Of a DNA stretch of 64,000 nt, positions 14,471 to 33,751 are shown piece after piece. The notes beneath the pieces are model-generated. The model saw nothing but the letters and a program-made list of their open reading frames with translations. It did no database searches and was not told the origin of the DNA. The stretch comes from Octopus vulgaris (lineage: Eukaryota), in the NCBI GenBank assembly GCA_951406725.2, contig OX597814.1:72416001-72480000 (forward strand). The letters run 5' to 3'. Every line of letters starts with the position of its first letter. Position 1 is the first letter of the stretch. The translations under genes were made by a program, and so were the position numbers.

Positions 14471-16740
14471 CTCCTCAAACAAAACTGGCCTAAATGTCTC
14501 TCCTCGCCAGACATCGACGTGAAACTTCAACAATTCATGTCTGTAATGCAAGCCATATGCTACAAATGTGTCCCAGAGAGAAAGGCCACTGTACACAAGA
14601 ACAAAATCCCCAGAGAGAGGAAAATTTTAATGAGACAGCGTACGAAATTTTCAAATCGCCTAAACAAACAGATTGAAAGCAGTGAAAAGTCCCGCCTAAA
14701 AATAAAACTGTTGGAAATCGAAAAATGTCTGCAACTCTCCCATGAAAAAGAAAGAGCAGACAAAGAAGCCTGGGCTATAGAAAACATAAAATCTAACCCC
14801 AGAGCTTTCTACAGGTATGCCAAAGAAACAGCTACAGTGCACTGTAGAATAGGGCCACTCCTCGAAAAGGATGGCACACTTACAGGAAAACCAATGAGGG
14901 TAAGTGAAATACTGAATGAGCAATTCAAGAGTGTTTTCACTCCACCCCTTGGGCATCTCCAAAATCACCAATCCAACTGACTTTTTTACCACTGCAGATA
15001 TAAAATCAGAGGCGGCGACGATAGATTACATCGATATAAAGGAAGACGATGTAACCAAGGCTATAGATGAAATGAAAACAGACTCAGCTACTGGCCCCGA
15101 TGGATTCCCGGCAATCCTCCTAAAAGCATGTAAGAGAGTCCTAGCAAGACCACTGCAGTTCCTCTTTCAGAGCTTCCTTGCAGCTGGCAAACTTCCAGGA
15201 AAACTGAAGGAAGGTAAAATATGCCCCATTCATAAAGGAGGTAGCAGAGCGGAAGCCAAGAACTATAGACCTATCTCTCTGACCTCACACATCAGCAAGG
15301 TCATGGAACGAATAGTCAGAAGGAAGCTGATCACCTTCCTTGAAGAGAATGACTTGCTGCCCGACACCCAACATGGTTTCCGACCAGGGAGAAGCTGTTT
15401 AACTCAGCTCCTACAACACTATGACTGGGTGCTGAAACGGCTGCTCAACCACTCAAATGTGGAAGTGATATATCTCGACTTTGCAAAGGCCTTTGATAAA
15501 GTCGATCATGGAATGATATGTCACAAACTGCGTGATCTCAACATAGTTGGAAAACTGGGAGAATGGCTTCATGACTTTCTGAAGGATAGAAGTCAGGTGG
15601 TAGTAGCCAATGGGGCCACCTCCATTAACACACAAATAGTGAGCGGTGTTCCGCAGGGCACTGTTCTGGGACCACTACTGTTCATAATGGCCCTCTCAGA
15701 CATGCCCTCAGCCACGCAGAGAGCCACGATCACAAGTTATGCAAATGATACAAAAGTTTCACAGGCAATACAGAACCCTGAGGACACTAAACACCTGCAA
15801 TGTGAGCTAGACAAAATATACAAGTGGGCCGAAAAGAATAGCATGCAGTTCAATGCTGAAAAGTTTCAAGCTTTATACTATCAGCATGCAAAACTGAATG
15901 CAATACCCAATGAATACACTGGACCCGGAGGGATTGCAATCCCAGAGGCACAATCAGTGCGTGACCTGTGTATTCACATGAGTGATGACGCGACCTTTCA
16001 TGTACATGTTGCTAAACTGACAATGAAATGTAGACGGCTGGCTGGATGGATTCTTAGAACCTTTAGAACAAGAGAACAAGAAACCATGATGGTCCTCTGG
16101 AAGACACTTGTCCTAAGCCACTTTGACTATTGCTCTCAGCTATGGTCACCATCCAGTGTGAAGTTGATCACAGAACTTAAGGCGATCCAACGAAGCTACA
16201 CAAAGAAGATAGCCTCTATGCAGAATGTAAGCTACTGGGAAAGACTCAAGAGATTAAAATTATATTCCCTGGAGCGTAGGCGGGAAAGATATGCCATAAT
16301 ATACATCTGGAAGATCCTGGAGGGAAGTGTCCTGAACTTTGGCATCGAGAGTTACGCAAATGCCAGAACTGGGCTCCACTGCGTGGTGCCTAGGACTCCA
16401 AACCTGCCATCAAGATGTAGGACAAGATTCTGTGATAGCCTGGGCTTCCGAGGCCCACAGCTCTTCAATATCCTCCCGAAGAACCTGAGAGACCTGCATG
16501 GGGTGGATACAGATGTCTTTAAAATGAAGCTGGATCTCTTCCTGTCAGGTGTCCCAGATGAACCAACTTCACGGCAGGAGGGGCAGATGAGGGCAGCTGC
16601 ATCGAACTCTCTCATGCACCAAATAGCAGTTGCTAGAAAGCCTCCATGAAGTGAAACCAAGTAGCAACACCAAATGGCGGTGCCCCAGCATGGCCACAGC
16701 TCATAAGCTGAAACTAGAATCAATCAATCAATCAATCAAT
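14471..16740 (+). mobile_element. 5'-truncated CR1-group LINE (reverse transcriptase), (ATCA)n tail
   Basis: YRPISLTSHISKVMERIV, QHGFRPGRSC, YLDFAKAFDKVDH, GVPQGTVLGP, and YANDT in place of catalytic YADD. Frameshift near 14960, tail caatcaatcaat. Confidence 0.92.
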
Positions 16741-20430
<3,690 letters not shown>

Positions 20431-21510
20431 AACGGGAAGCTTTATGAAAATAGACAAAAGACGAAGGCAGGTGGAAAACAAACAAACAATTGTATTAGTA
20501 TGGCGCTCAGGAAATATAAATAAAACAAGTCTTTAACGGTTCGAGCCTACGCTCTTCAACAGAAAGATACACAGAGAGAGAAAAAAACAGAAAGAAGGAG
20601 AGAAAAAAATGCGTGCAGTAACTAACGAATCAACATGGCGATCTGATTTCGGCCAGAGGTCAAAGATCAAACATGAGACGCGAGAGCGAAATAAGGGGAG
20701 ATAATAGAGTTGAATGACCAGCTATTAGTGCGTAGGAGGGGTCTGGACGTGTGTATGTATAGGGTTGGTGTATGTATTAGTATGTATTAGTACGTATTAG
20801 TATGTATAAGTGTGTGTGTGTGTGTATGAGAGAGTATAAGTGCGTATGAGGGGTCTGGACGTGTGTGTGTATAGGGTTGGTGTATGTATTAGTATGTATT
20901 AGTACGTATTAGTATGTATTAGTTGGTGCATGTATTAGTATGGCACATCACATATGATGTGATGTGTAAAGTCGTATGGTGTAGTGAGGAGAAGAGGGGA
21001 GGGGAGAAGGGGAGGGGAAGAAGAGGGGGGGAGGGGGAGGGGGAGAGGAGGAAGGGGAGGAGGAAGGGGGATGAAGGGGAGGAGGAGAGGGAGAGAGAAG
21101 GGGAGTGAGGGAGCAGAGGGAAGGGGATGAGGGAAGGAGGGAGGGAGAAAGAGGGAAGAAGGGAAGGGGAGTAGGGGTGAAAGGATGAAGGACTGAAGAA
21201 GTAGGGGTCGGGGGGAGGATGGGTGAGGAGGGGGGAGAGTGGGGTTAGATGAGGAGGGGGGGAGAGTTCAGACCAAATGGCGTATAAGAGCGAAGAGAGA
21301 AGATTAATTCCTGTTCACGGCGCAAACGGGAATCCGGATGGCCTCTGTGTAAGGACAAACCGAACACAGATAGGTGTTGCAAGGAGTGACCGGTGGAGCG
21401 GAAATGGCATGAGACCGGTGTGTCGTTCGCAAGGTGGATGTCACGAAGGTGTTCCGCGAACCGGTCAGCCAAGCGGCGTCCCGTTTGTCCGATGTACAAG
21501 GAATTGCAGA
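20431..21510 (-). mobile_element. 5'-truncated Penelope-like element: GIY-YIG C-terminal half plus 3' region with a degenerate hammerhead
   Basis: ORF 21245..21499 has [16 protein letters not shown]...HF...H...R..REQELIF.L....P.GLN. Downstream on minus is tcttt-CTGTTGA-A-GAGC-gtag-GCTC-GAAC-CG-TT-aaaga at 20530-20567. Confidence 0.88.
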
Positions 21511-21587
21511 GATATATATATATACATATACATACCTATATATATATATACATATATATATATACATATATATATATATACATATAC

Positions 21588-21646
<59 letters not shown>

Positions 21647-21652
21647 CATATA

Positions 21653-24600
21653 CTAGCAGCATAGCCCGGCGTTGCCCGGGTATGTAAGAGCCCCTAGTAG
21701 GCAACGACTAATCCCAATGTAGTCCTTTCCCTCCAGGGAACGAAGGTGCATGTGGACGTTGCAATGTCTTGTCTTCACTGGAATACTTCTGTATATACGA
21801 TGTTCCTAGCTGTCCGTTTGGGCGAAAACATGAAAACATCATTGCGCCTCCCAACGCGTGAACAGCCCACGTAGAGTTGACCGTGGGCGAAGCACTGTTC
21901 GCCCAAATGTAACCCAGCGACTTGTAGCGTTTGGCCTTGGGATTTATTGATGGACATTGCGAAGCAGAGTTTAACAGGAAACTGAGAACGCCTGAAGTGG
22001 ATTGGTAGGTCAGCGCCCGACGGCTGAAGGTGCATCCGTGGAATGAAGACGTCCTCTCCCTTCCCACAACCGGTAAGTATTGTGGCCGTTATTAAATGTG
22101 GTGCCAAATGTTTCACAACCAAACGTGTGCCGTTGCACTGTTTAGGTGGAACCAAATTCCTGATGAGCATAATGGGCGCACCGACTTTTAACTTCAGGAT
22201 GTGTGGTGGCAGGCCTGGCGGTTCAAGTGAATTCAGGAATTCAACAGGATAATCGGCAAGCTGGGCGGGGTCTGCTGTCCTATCTATAGATTTGTAGACG
22301 TGGACATCACCAGGAATAGCTTCAAGTAGCTGGATATTGATGGAGTTGACGGTTGTATTTTTGGGTGCGAGAATAGCTCTGCCTGCCAGCCATTTTAGGT
22401 CGCGTAAATTGTTTTGTAGGTCGTGGAAGACAGCGTCCCGGAGGCTAGCAGGGGTGTCGACAATGGTGCAAAGTGAGTCCAACTGAACGTAGCCATCCGC
22501 ATCAGACAGCATCCTATTTTCACCGAGCGATAAGAGGTCCCTGGAGAATGCAGCGGATCCGCTGTCACCAATTAACTGCGCGCACATGTTAGTTTGGAGG
22601 TGCAAGGGCCGCACATGTGCCCAAAGAGCTGACGACTTAAGGCACGCGCGCACGGCATCGGCACGGGTTCCTTTTGGAATAACAGGTAGAGTCTGCCTGA
22701 AGTCTCCTGAAAGAAGTAAAGTTAATCCTCCCATGGGCGCCGTAGAGTCTCTGATGTCTTGCAGGGACCTTTCCAGTGCCTCAAGGGCGCCTTTGTGTGC
22801 CATAGTGCACTCGTCCCATACGATGAGTTTGCATCTGCGCAGAATGTCGGCCTGTTCTGAGTTCTTGGCGATGTTGCAGATAGGTGACTCGGACTTTGCC
22901 AGATCGAGCGGGAGTCTGAAGGCAGAGTGGGCGGTTCTGCCACCCGGAAGCAACGTGGCCGCGATACCAGAGGAATCTACAGCCAGGGCAATGTCCGTGT
23001 TGTGTCTGACCTCTGCCAGAATTAGTTTAGTGACGAAGGTTTTGCCAGTGCCGCCGGGTGCATCAAGGAAGAAAATCCCCCCACGTTGCTGTCTGACAGA
23101 GTCTACGATGATGTAGGCTATGCACTGGTCTGGAAGCAGCCGTGGTTCATTATCTTGGACGTACTGGTGCAGTTCCTCAATGCAGTAGGAAGTTTCGCGT
23201 AACAATTCAGCAGACATAACATTGGCGTGTTCACGTGTGGGTGGTGGAAGGCCGTACTCTGTTAAAGCAGACCCACCCATATCGATGACAGCGTCTTCGA
23301 GTTGAATGAGCGCAAAATTGTAAATGAAGTTGGTGAACGTGATCTCGGCGGAAGGGCAGTGTTGCTGCGCCGTACGTAAGAAGTCGTGCGACATGTCATC
23401 CCTGTATTTCATCCAGAGACTTAGTGGATCACTAAGCTGACATTTTTGAAGAAGGATTGCGAAAAGATGTCGTAGGGCCGAATGCGTTTGCAGTAAAGCA
23501 CCCTCTGCCATCGTGGCGTCCCACTGGGAGTCATCCTCTAGAAGGCCAAGTCTCATACATGCTTCCCTGAAGGTGTCGCACAGAACCCCATTGACGGTAC
23601 GTATATTGGCGAAACCTGTTGGACCAGTGACCTCATGTAGAAGGAGACGGAGGTAGAAGCATTCTTGTTGGTTTGGCGGGATGTTGTAAACTCGACCCAG
23701 GCAGGAGTCAAACTTGACGCCTGGGAAGCTTTCGACGTTTTTGCCGGATTTCCGTCGAACCCAGGTGTTTTTAGACCACACGAAGTACGATGGGACCTGT
23801 GGGTACAAAAGCGTTCGAGCGAAGTCATCACGTTGGCATAATTTGAAGAAACCAGTCAACGTTGTGTCTTTAGGGCTGGTGGCTATCTGCACAGCACTTT
23901 GCTCTGTGAAGTAAATCCGCTGTCCATTTTCCAAGTGTACAGCAAGCTGCACCACAGCCGGGTGTCTCTGATGGAGCGGGAAGCCGTAAATGCGCCAAAA
24001 CGCTTCGTTGCTGCTGAGGTACCGGCCAGCCAAGTAGTTGGACACTTCGTCGCGACTGGTGGTCCTCTGGATGCTGAACATGGCAGCATCGCTGCCTTTG
24101 TTGATATATTTGCAGACATATTGTATTGACCTGATGGAGCTGCAGAACTCAACGTTGACGTGGGCTTTGAATATCTTCGACAGGAGAGGACAGTAGGGGA
24201 CAATGTAGCTGTTGTCCACTTGATGTCGCCCAACCGTAATCGTGCGGCCTCCATTGGCTGGACTCCTTCGTTTGTACAGCGGATACCCATCGCCGCCTGT
24301 TTGAGTCTCCAAAGTGAACCGTTTAGGGAATCCCTTTGAGCAGGCTAATCCGTTTTTGTAGCATGGTGTGTTGGCGTAATTTGGTCCACAGGGCCCGTGT
24401 ACCATGGTAGTGCGGACAATTTCGTAGAGTCCGGGGTCCTCATCGGGGTCAGGAATCTCGGCGGAAATGAATTTGTCAATGTCATTAGTCTCGATTTTAT
24501 GAGTGAGCCAAATTAAGATGTGAGCATGTGGCAAGCCCCTCTTTTGCCACTCGATCGAAAACATGTGGCACCTGACATGCCCGAAAATCTGACCCTTAAC

Positions 24601-27600
24601 TATCAAATCCTTCATTTTGCCCAAATTCAGACGGAAAACCCAAGCAACGATGTCGTGTCGATGGGTGTGAGATTGACCCGGGAGGAATTCGCGAGTGATT
24701 TCGTCGCAGCTGGGATTGCACGTGTAGGTGATAAAGAGGTCCGGCCGGCCGTAAATGCGCACGTAGGTCAAGGCGTCTTGGGTCCTTTCACGCATATATC
24801 GCGGTCCTCCCGTGAAGGTGGAGGGTAGAATGCATGGCTTGCCGATGTTGCGAGGGTCATTTTCTTGTTGCAAACCGTCACGGAGATGAATGTAGGAGTC
24901 GGAGCGAAGTTTGGTCTGATTAAGTTTAATGTATAGCAGCCTTTCCGATTCCATTTTTGCGGCCATGTCGACGGCGAACTGGTTGAATAGCTGACGACAA
25001 CGGGGCGATAAGTTGAACTCACCCTCCCTGACCATGAACCGGTATGAGTAGAACGCCCTGCAGGAAACCGTCTTTGATGCCGCAGTAGTTTGATTGAAGG
25101 GCTGCCGTAAAGGAATTCCGAAGTGGTAGCCGTCTTCCCCATAAGGGAAAAGCAATGGATACTGAAGCGCGTCATAAGATCTGTGAGTCTCGCTGATCCT
25201 GTGTAGGTTGTTACCACGGGAGGAGATGATTATGTCACGGCTGTTGTGTTGCTCTCCGTGTATGACTGCGGCAATTTCGTTGCACGCAGGTGCGTTGAAA
25301 CGGCGTTCGTGCTCCCCGTGGGGTCGTTTATCAGCATCAATGACAACGGTGAAGTTTGGAGATGGAGCACTGTCCAAGGCATATCTGAAGCTGCAGACGT
25401 AGCTGTTGATATCATGAAGCATGGTTTGGAGACGGAGAAGAATGTCTTTGCGGGGAACATAGCTTGTACCCGGTATTATTCCAAGGCGTGCATCAACCTG
25501 GTGGTTGTAGTCGGCAATGAAGTATATTTGGAGGAAAGAAGACTGCTGAATCTCGTCTGGCAGAAGTGACCCAATAAGATGGTAGACCTGTCCCTGCACT
25601 TTGAAAGTAGGCATCCAGCCTTCTCTGGGAGGAATTTTGGCCCCGAAAGAGGTCATTTGGAATGAGCAGTTGTACTTTCGAATTATTTCAAGGAATTGTG
25701 ACGAATCGGGGGTTAAACCCGCCGCGAGATCCTTCAGTGGTTGAGGTGGTTCCCGTAGGGGTGGCAGGTCCACTTTGCCACCAGAGCAGCACAAACCAGG
25801 TGGCTCTCCGGGCCATTTCTTGGCTTTGCAAAACTGGCATACAATTGTCATTGACCCTATCTTGATGTCGTCACGCAAGGAGAAGTTAATTGTGGCGTCG
25901 TAGTTGAATGCTAGTGACAACCAGAAAGCGGGGGCAGGGGTACGTACACCACGAATGATATCCCGACGTTTGTTGATACTCTCAAGTCGAGTGCACCGTG
26001 CCTCAGCAGATTCAGATGCACGTGCGACAGCGGTAGCAGTGGCATCCCTTGAAAGCCTTTCAGCTCTCGCCTCAGCACCCTCTGAAGCCCTAGCAGAAGC
26101 AGTGCTAATGGCATGTCTGGATGTCCGAATAGTCCGTTGGTGTGGAGTTTCGGCAGATCGAGCCCTGGCTGTTTGCGGCGTTAGCAGCTTGGCGAGCTCT
26201 CCTCTGTTGAGGTGTTTCGGCAGCTTTGGCCATGGCTTTGTTTGCGGCGTCAGCACATTGGCGAGTTCTCCTCTGCTGTGAGGTTTCGACAGATCGTGTC
26301 CTGGCGGTGCTAGTGACGTTAGCCGCATTCCGAATGGCCCTTTGTTCGGGGTTCTCGCGAGCTCTGCGGATGGAAGCACAGTAAGAAGCCCGCATGTTTT
26401 GGCTGGACTGTTGCTCTTTCGTCAACCTCGAGCGGAGGGAAGATCTGTACGCTGCGACCCTTGCAAGTCGGGTAGAACGGTCGCTAGTAGTTTCAGATGC
26501 CTGAGCAGCGGCATAACGGGAAGCTGTTTGCGAGAGGCGCAAGGCGGTTTCCTCGTGGGTCTCGCGTGCCCTTTTAGCCCTAGCAGCCGATGCCTTGGCC
26601 GTCCGAGGGCTGAGGAGGGTCCTTCTCTTCTTCGGTGGCATTTTGGTGGATAGCAATGTGTTTGGCAAAGGTGTAATAAAAAGGAACACGTGGGGTAAGT
26701 ATTTTGGTGGATAGCAATGTGTTTGGTAAAGGTGTAATAAAAAGGAGCTCGTGGGGTAAGTATCCGAAAATGTATAAAAATGTACAAAAACGGCCAAAAA
26801 GCTGGCAGCAATGTGAGTGACAACAACGAAAAAGTCAAAAGTGATCAAACTGAACAAACGAAAGGAAAAGTTTTTTGATGCACACGACAAAAGTGGTTTA
26901 TAATAAACCAAGAGTTTGCAAGTAGCGTCCGAGGACCGTTAGGGTACGTCAAAAATTGAAGGTAAAACGTTTGGGGTGGTAGTTATAAAGAAAGTTTAAA
27001 CCAAAAAAGTATTCGAATAACTTGCAGCTGCAGCAGCTATTAGCAGAAGTGGCGGTGTTGGGGGTAAAGTCTCGAATGTAATTTCTTCCTGGTAGGAATT
27101 GGTTGGATCGAATTATCGATAGCTAAAAAGGTCAAGTTGCGTCCCCTAGACAGTCTGGTTTGTGTTTAATACACAAATTTGTTTGCTATGTGTGCCACAT
27201 ATGATTAAATTAACCGATTTTTTCCAATAATGTATCCTATTGGAATAAAAAGGGCTATATAGCTCCTTGGAGCAGACATGATGCTCGTTGTGAAAAAAAA
27301 AAAGATTCCTGCCAATTTGTGAAAGATATTGTCGAAAATATGTCATCTTGAATTTGAACGCGATTTCCCAAAATGGCATGATTTTATCGATTGTTTCTGA
27401 TGGTAAGGTATTGCATGGAAAACTAAAGTCAGAATTGAGTTTCTTAGGGTAACATTAAGCTTCACCATGAGTTTGGTGAAAATCGATTGCAAGTTGTGAA
27501 AACTACCATAGATAATGCGTTGCATAAAAAAAGCTTAGATTCTCGAGTTGCGTCCCCTAGACAGTCTGTGGTTCATGTTTATGATTCTCGACCCCATGTC

Positions 27601-27766
27601 GAATTTATCAATTTTTTTCAGAACTGGGGGAACTTTTCAAAATTTTCGCTGCGTTAGTTTTGAATTATGACATTGGGCTATGTGTGTGTCAAGTTTCATC
27701 AGAATCGGTTGAAAGCCGTGGTCAGGGTGAGGGTACGAGAAAACAGACACACAGAAGCACGCACAG
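21653..27766 (-). mobile_element. Autonomous Helitron, near full length (5' end runs into the gap)
   Basis: 3' hairpin CCCGGGCAACGCCGGG followed by CTAG at 21653-21656. Contains a RepHel ORF. Confidence 0.96.
21775..26641 (-). CDS. Helitron RepHel protein (23-aa repeats, Zn finger, HUH Rep nuclease, Pif1 helicase) with one frameshift near 26170
   Basis: Likely start MPPKKRR (ATG at 26641). Motifs: CQFC..CC, LFITYTCNP, EWQKRGLPHAHILIW (HUH), YVCKYINK (Y2), DAPGGTGKT (Walker A), WDEC, GDFRQ, SINKSQGQTL, HGQLYVGCSRV. Confidence 0.93.
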
Positions 27767-27866
27767 NNNNNNNNNNNNNNNNNNNNNNNNNNNNNNNNNN
27801 NNNNNNNNNNNNNNNNNNNNNNNNNNNNNNNNNNNNNNNNNNNNNNNNNNNNNNNNNNNNNNNNNN
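27767..27866. other. Assembly gap (100 N)
   Basis: Run of N. Confidence 1.
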
Positions 27867-28160
27867 GGAAATGGAAGCAGGGAGGTATGACGTTTCGAGC
27901 GGAGCTCTTCGTCGGAAACATAAAGAAGGAAGAGAGAGGAAAGAAAGATCCCAGAGCGGGCAACGGGGATAGAGAAAACGACTGGTGTTTAGGAGTTACA
28001 CATGGTGAAAGGCGGATGTTTACGATAACAAGAGCAAAGTGGGTTTTTAAAGGCAAAAGAGTGGAGACATGGTTGGTAACGCAACAGATGTGTGTGTATG
28101 TGTGAGTGTGTGCGTGTGTGTATGTGTGTGTGTGAGGCGAGATAAAAAAACAAAAAATAT
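27867..28160 (-). mobile_element. Penelope-type terminal-repeat fragment with a minimal hammerhead variant
   Basis: Minus strand gttt-CCGACGA-A-GAGC-tcc-GCTC-GAAA-CG-TC-atac (27919 to 27885). Confidence 0.55.
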
Positions 28161-28196
28161 ATGTATGTGTTATATATATATATATATATAATATAC

Positions 28197-28338
<142 letters not shown>

Positions 28339-28360
28339 ATATAATATATATATATATATA

Positions 28361-28896
<536 letters not shown>

Positions 28897-28904
28897 TATA
28901 TATA

Positions 28905-31900
28905 TCCTTAAAAAAGTTCTAGAGCCCGAAGGCCGCGGCCATGCTGGGGCACCACCGCTGAATGAGCTACACTAGTTTGTGAATCCACCTCTGATACGCT
29001 GGCACTTGATCAACAAGGGAGTTCGATGCTGCTGCCCGCATCCGGTCTCCTGTCGTGAGGTAGGTTCATCTGGGACTCCCAACAAGAAGAGATCCAGTTT
29101 AGTTTTAAAGAAACCCACATCCACACCATGTAAGTCTCTCAGGCATTTAGGGAGGATGTTAAAGAGCTGTGGTCCTCTGAAACCCAAGCTGTTGCAGTAT
29201 CTGGACCTGTATTTTGATGGTGATGTTGGAATCCTTGGCACCACGCAGTGGCGCCCGTTCTGCGGTTGGAGTAACTTTGAATGCCAAAGTTTGGGACAAG
29301 ACCCTCCAGGATTTTCCAGATGTATATCACTGCATATCTCTCCCGCCTCCGCTCTAGGGAGAAGAGGTTTAATACCTTCAGTCTTTCCCAGTAGCTGATA
29401 TTTTGCATTGAGACGATTTTCTTTGTGTAGCTTCTCTGAATTGCTTCGAGTTCTGCTGTTTGTTTTATATTGTGTGGTGACCAAAGTTGGGAGCAGTAGT
29501 CCAAGCGGCTGAGGACGAATGTTTTCCATAGGACCATCAGTGTCTCCTTCTCTCTTGTTCTGAAAGTTCGGAGAATCCATCCAGCTAGCCGTCTGCATTT
29601 TATCACCAGATTAGCAATATGCATTTGGAAAGATGCATCATTGCTCATGTCAATGCCCAGGTCACGCACTGATTTTGACTCAGGGATTGCAATTCTTCCT
29701 GGGCCAGTGTATCCAGTCTTCACGTCATTTACCTTTGTGTGCCAGTAGCGCAGGGCCTGGAACTTACCTGCATTAAACTGCATGTTGTTGTCCTCAGCCC
29801 ACCTGTATATTGTGTCCAGCTCATGTTGCAGATGCGCAATATTTTCAGGGTTTTGTATTGCGTGGGAGACTTTTGTGTCATCTGCATAGCTAGCAAGGGT
29901 GGTCATCGTAGCAACTGAAGGCATGTCTGAAAGGGCCACTATGAACATCAGTGGCCCCAAGACAGTGCCCTGTGGGACACCGCTTGTTATTTGCGTTTCC
30001 TTGGAGGTGGCTCCATTGCTCACAACTGCCTGTTTTCTGTCTTTTAGGAAGTTGTGCAGCCACTCTCCAAGTTTCCCGCCTATGCCGAGACCACGCAGTT
30101 TGTGACAGATCATACCATGGTCGACTTTATCAAAGGCTTTTGCAAAGTCGAGATATATTACATCCACATTTGAGCCATTTAGTAGCTGTTTCAACACCCA
30201 GTCATAGTGTTGCAGGAGCTGTGTTAGGCAGCTTCTACCTGGTCGAAATCCATGCTGGGTGTCAGACAGCAAGTCATTTTCTTCAAGGAACATGATTAGT
30301 TTCTTACGGACTATTCGTTCCATGACTTTGCTGATGTGTGAGGTCAGAGAGATAGGCCTATAATTTTTAGCATCTGCTCTGCTACCTCCCTTATGGATAG
30401 GGCATATTACCCCCTCTTTCAATTTGACTGGGAGCTTACCACTTGCAAGAAAGCTCTGAAAAAGAAGCTGTAGCGGTTTTGCAAGGGCTCGTTTGCACGA
30501 TTTGAGAAGGATCGCTGGGAATCCATCAGGTCCAGCAGCTGAGTTTGTGTCAATCTCATCAATGGCTAGTGTGATATCATCATCTTCGATGTTGATGTAC
30601 TCAATTTTTGTCTCTTTGGCCGCAGGTAAAGTGGCAAAGAATTCTTCTGGGTTGTTTACTTGCCTGTGTCCTAGAGGTGTAGTGAACACACTTTGGAACT
30701 GTTCGTTCAGTATTTCACTTATCCTCGTGGGATTTCCTGTGAGAGAGCCATCTTTTTGGAAGAGAGGTCCTATTCTCTGGTGCACTGTGGCTGTCTCTTT
30801 GGCAAACTTAAAGAAAGCTTTAGGGTTTGATTTTATATTTTCTATTACCCAAGCTTCTTTATCTGCTCTCTCCTTTTCATGGGACTGATGTAGACTTTTC
30901 TCAGTTTCCATTAGCATTCTTTCGAGCCGAGACTTCTCACCACTTTTGGTGTGCTTGCTCAGGCGGTTTGCAATCCTTGTCCGTCGTCTCATAAGAATCC
31001 TCCTTTCTCTAGGGATCCTGTTTTTGTTTTTGTGTGTGCTGGCCCTGCACACTGGGACATATTTGTCACATATGGCTTGTATTATGGACATGAAGTGTTT
31101 GTGTTTCATGTTTATGTCCGGTGTGGAGAGACATTCAGGCCAATCCTGTTTGAGGATCTCTTTCTCAATCAACTTCCAGTTGGCTTTATGAAAGTTTAAG
31201 TTGGAGAGATGGTGGGTGCTTCGTATAGGCTGTGTGTCTGCGGGGGCTTTTGTTCCATACATAGACAGCTCTATTATGTTGTGATCCGAGATCATTGTCG
31301 GCATCACATTAACATTATGGATAATATCCATATTGTTTGTGAAGCAGAGATCCAGTATATTATCTGCCCTTGTTGGTTGCAGAACTATTTGCTCCATGAA
31401 AGAGGCATTTGTGAGATGGAGCAGGGACTCCACCTGTGCCTGCTGATGGTGTGTCATCCCTGGGAGCATCTGCCCCCCAGGCCATTCCACATTGGGGAGG
31501 TTAAAGTCACCCATGAAGAATACACTGTTGTGCTGTTCAAGGTTGGTGAGGACTTCTCCTATTTTTGTTAGGCAGTCTTCAAACATGCCTGAGTGTTTTG
31601 GGGCATCTGGTGGGCGATATGTAGTGCATATGACGATATTCAGTTGTCTTATGTGTACAATTTGAGTTTCACATACTGAGTTTGAATATGACAGCAGGAC
31701 CTGGGGCGTGAGGTCATCTCGGATGTACATTGCAACTCCACCATGGCTCCTCCCTTTTCTATCTGTGCGTATGACTGCATATTGCGGCATGTGTATTTCT
31801 GCATCACCTATATCGGGTTCAAGATGCGTTTCTGTGAGTGCCATGCATATAGCTTGATTGCATGTCACAAGGTCTCTCAGGAATGAAATTTTCTTTTACA

Positions 31901-32203
31901 GTTTCCGCGCAGCAGCCCTCCTACATTCAGTAGAAATATTTTGTGGTGTGTGTGTGTGTTGGTGTCTGTGGTGGCCATCCTGCATCTGTTGGAGGTGGCC
32001 TTATGTGGTGGTAGTTCCAGCTTTGTGCTTGTAGCCAGGTCAGCTGCTGAACAATTTTTTGTGCCATGCACAAAAAAGATTGCTGTTCAGCTGCCGCCCT
32101 TCTCACCTGTTGGGTTTCCGCGCACCACATCTGCATACCGTCTTTCAGTAGCGGTCAGTGCGCTTTTTTCATTCTTTTATATTTTTTCTTTTTTGTTCTC
32201 CCC
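28905..32203 (-). mobile_element. CR1-group LINE ORF2 (AP endonuclease + RT), related subfamily
   Basis: 909-aa ORF 29139..31868 with LTETHL, GGVAMY, YRPP, GDFNLP, LDLCFTN, SDH, then RT motifs with intact YADD. Frameshifts near the 5' end (~31890) and the C-terminus (~29255). Confidence 0.93.
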
Positions 32204-33661
<1,458 letters not shown>

Positions 33662-33662
33662 C

Positions 33663-33702
<40 letters not shown>

Positions 33703-33751
33703 ATATATATACATATATATATATATACATATATATTTACATATATATATC

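Noticed and set aside
20990-21245. G-rich tract as a functional G-quadruplex or a 61-aa ORF
   Set aside because: It is the complement of the pyrimidine-rich 3' region of the Penelope fragment, and is low complexity.
22043-26653. Multiple antisense ORFs over the Helitron (and over the LINEs)
   Set aside because: Shadow ORFs of GC-richer coding sequence with no recognisable motifs.
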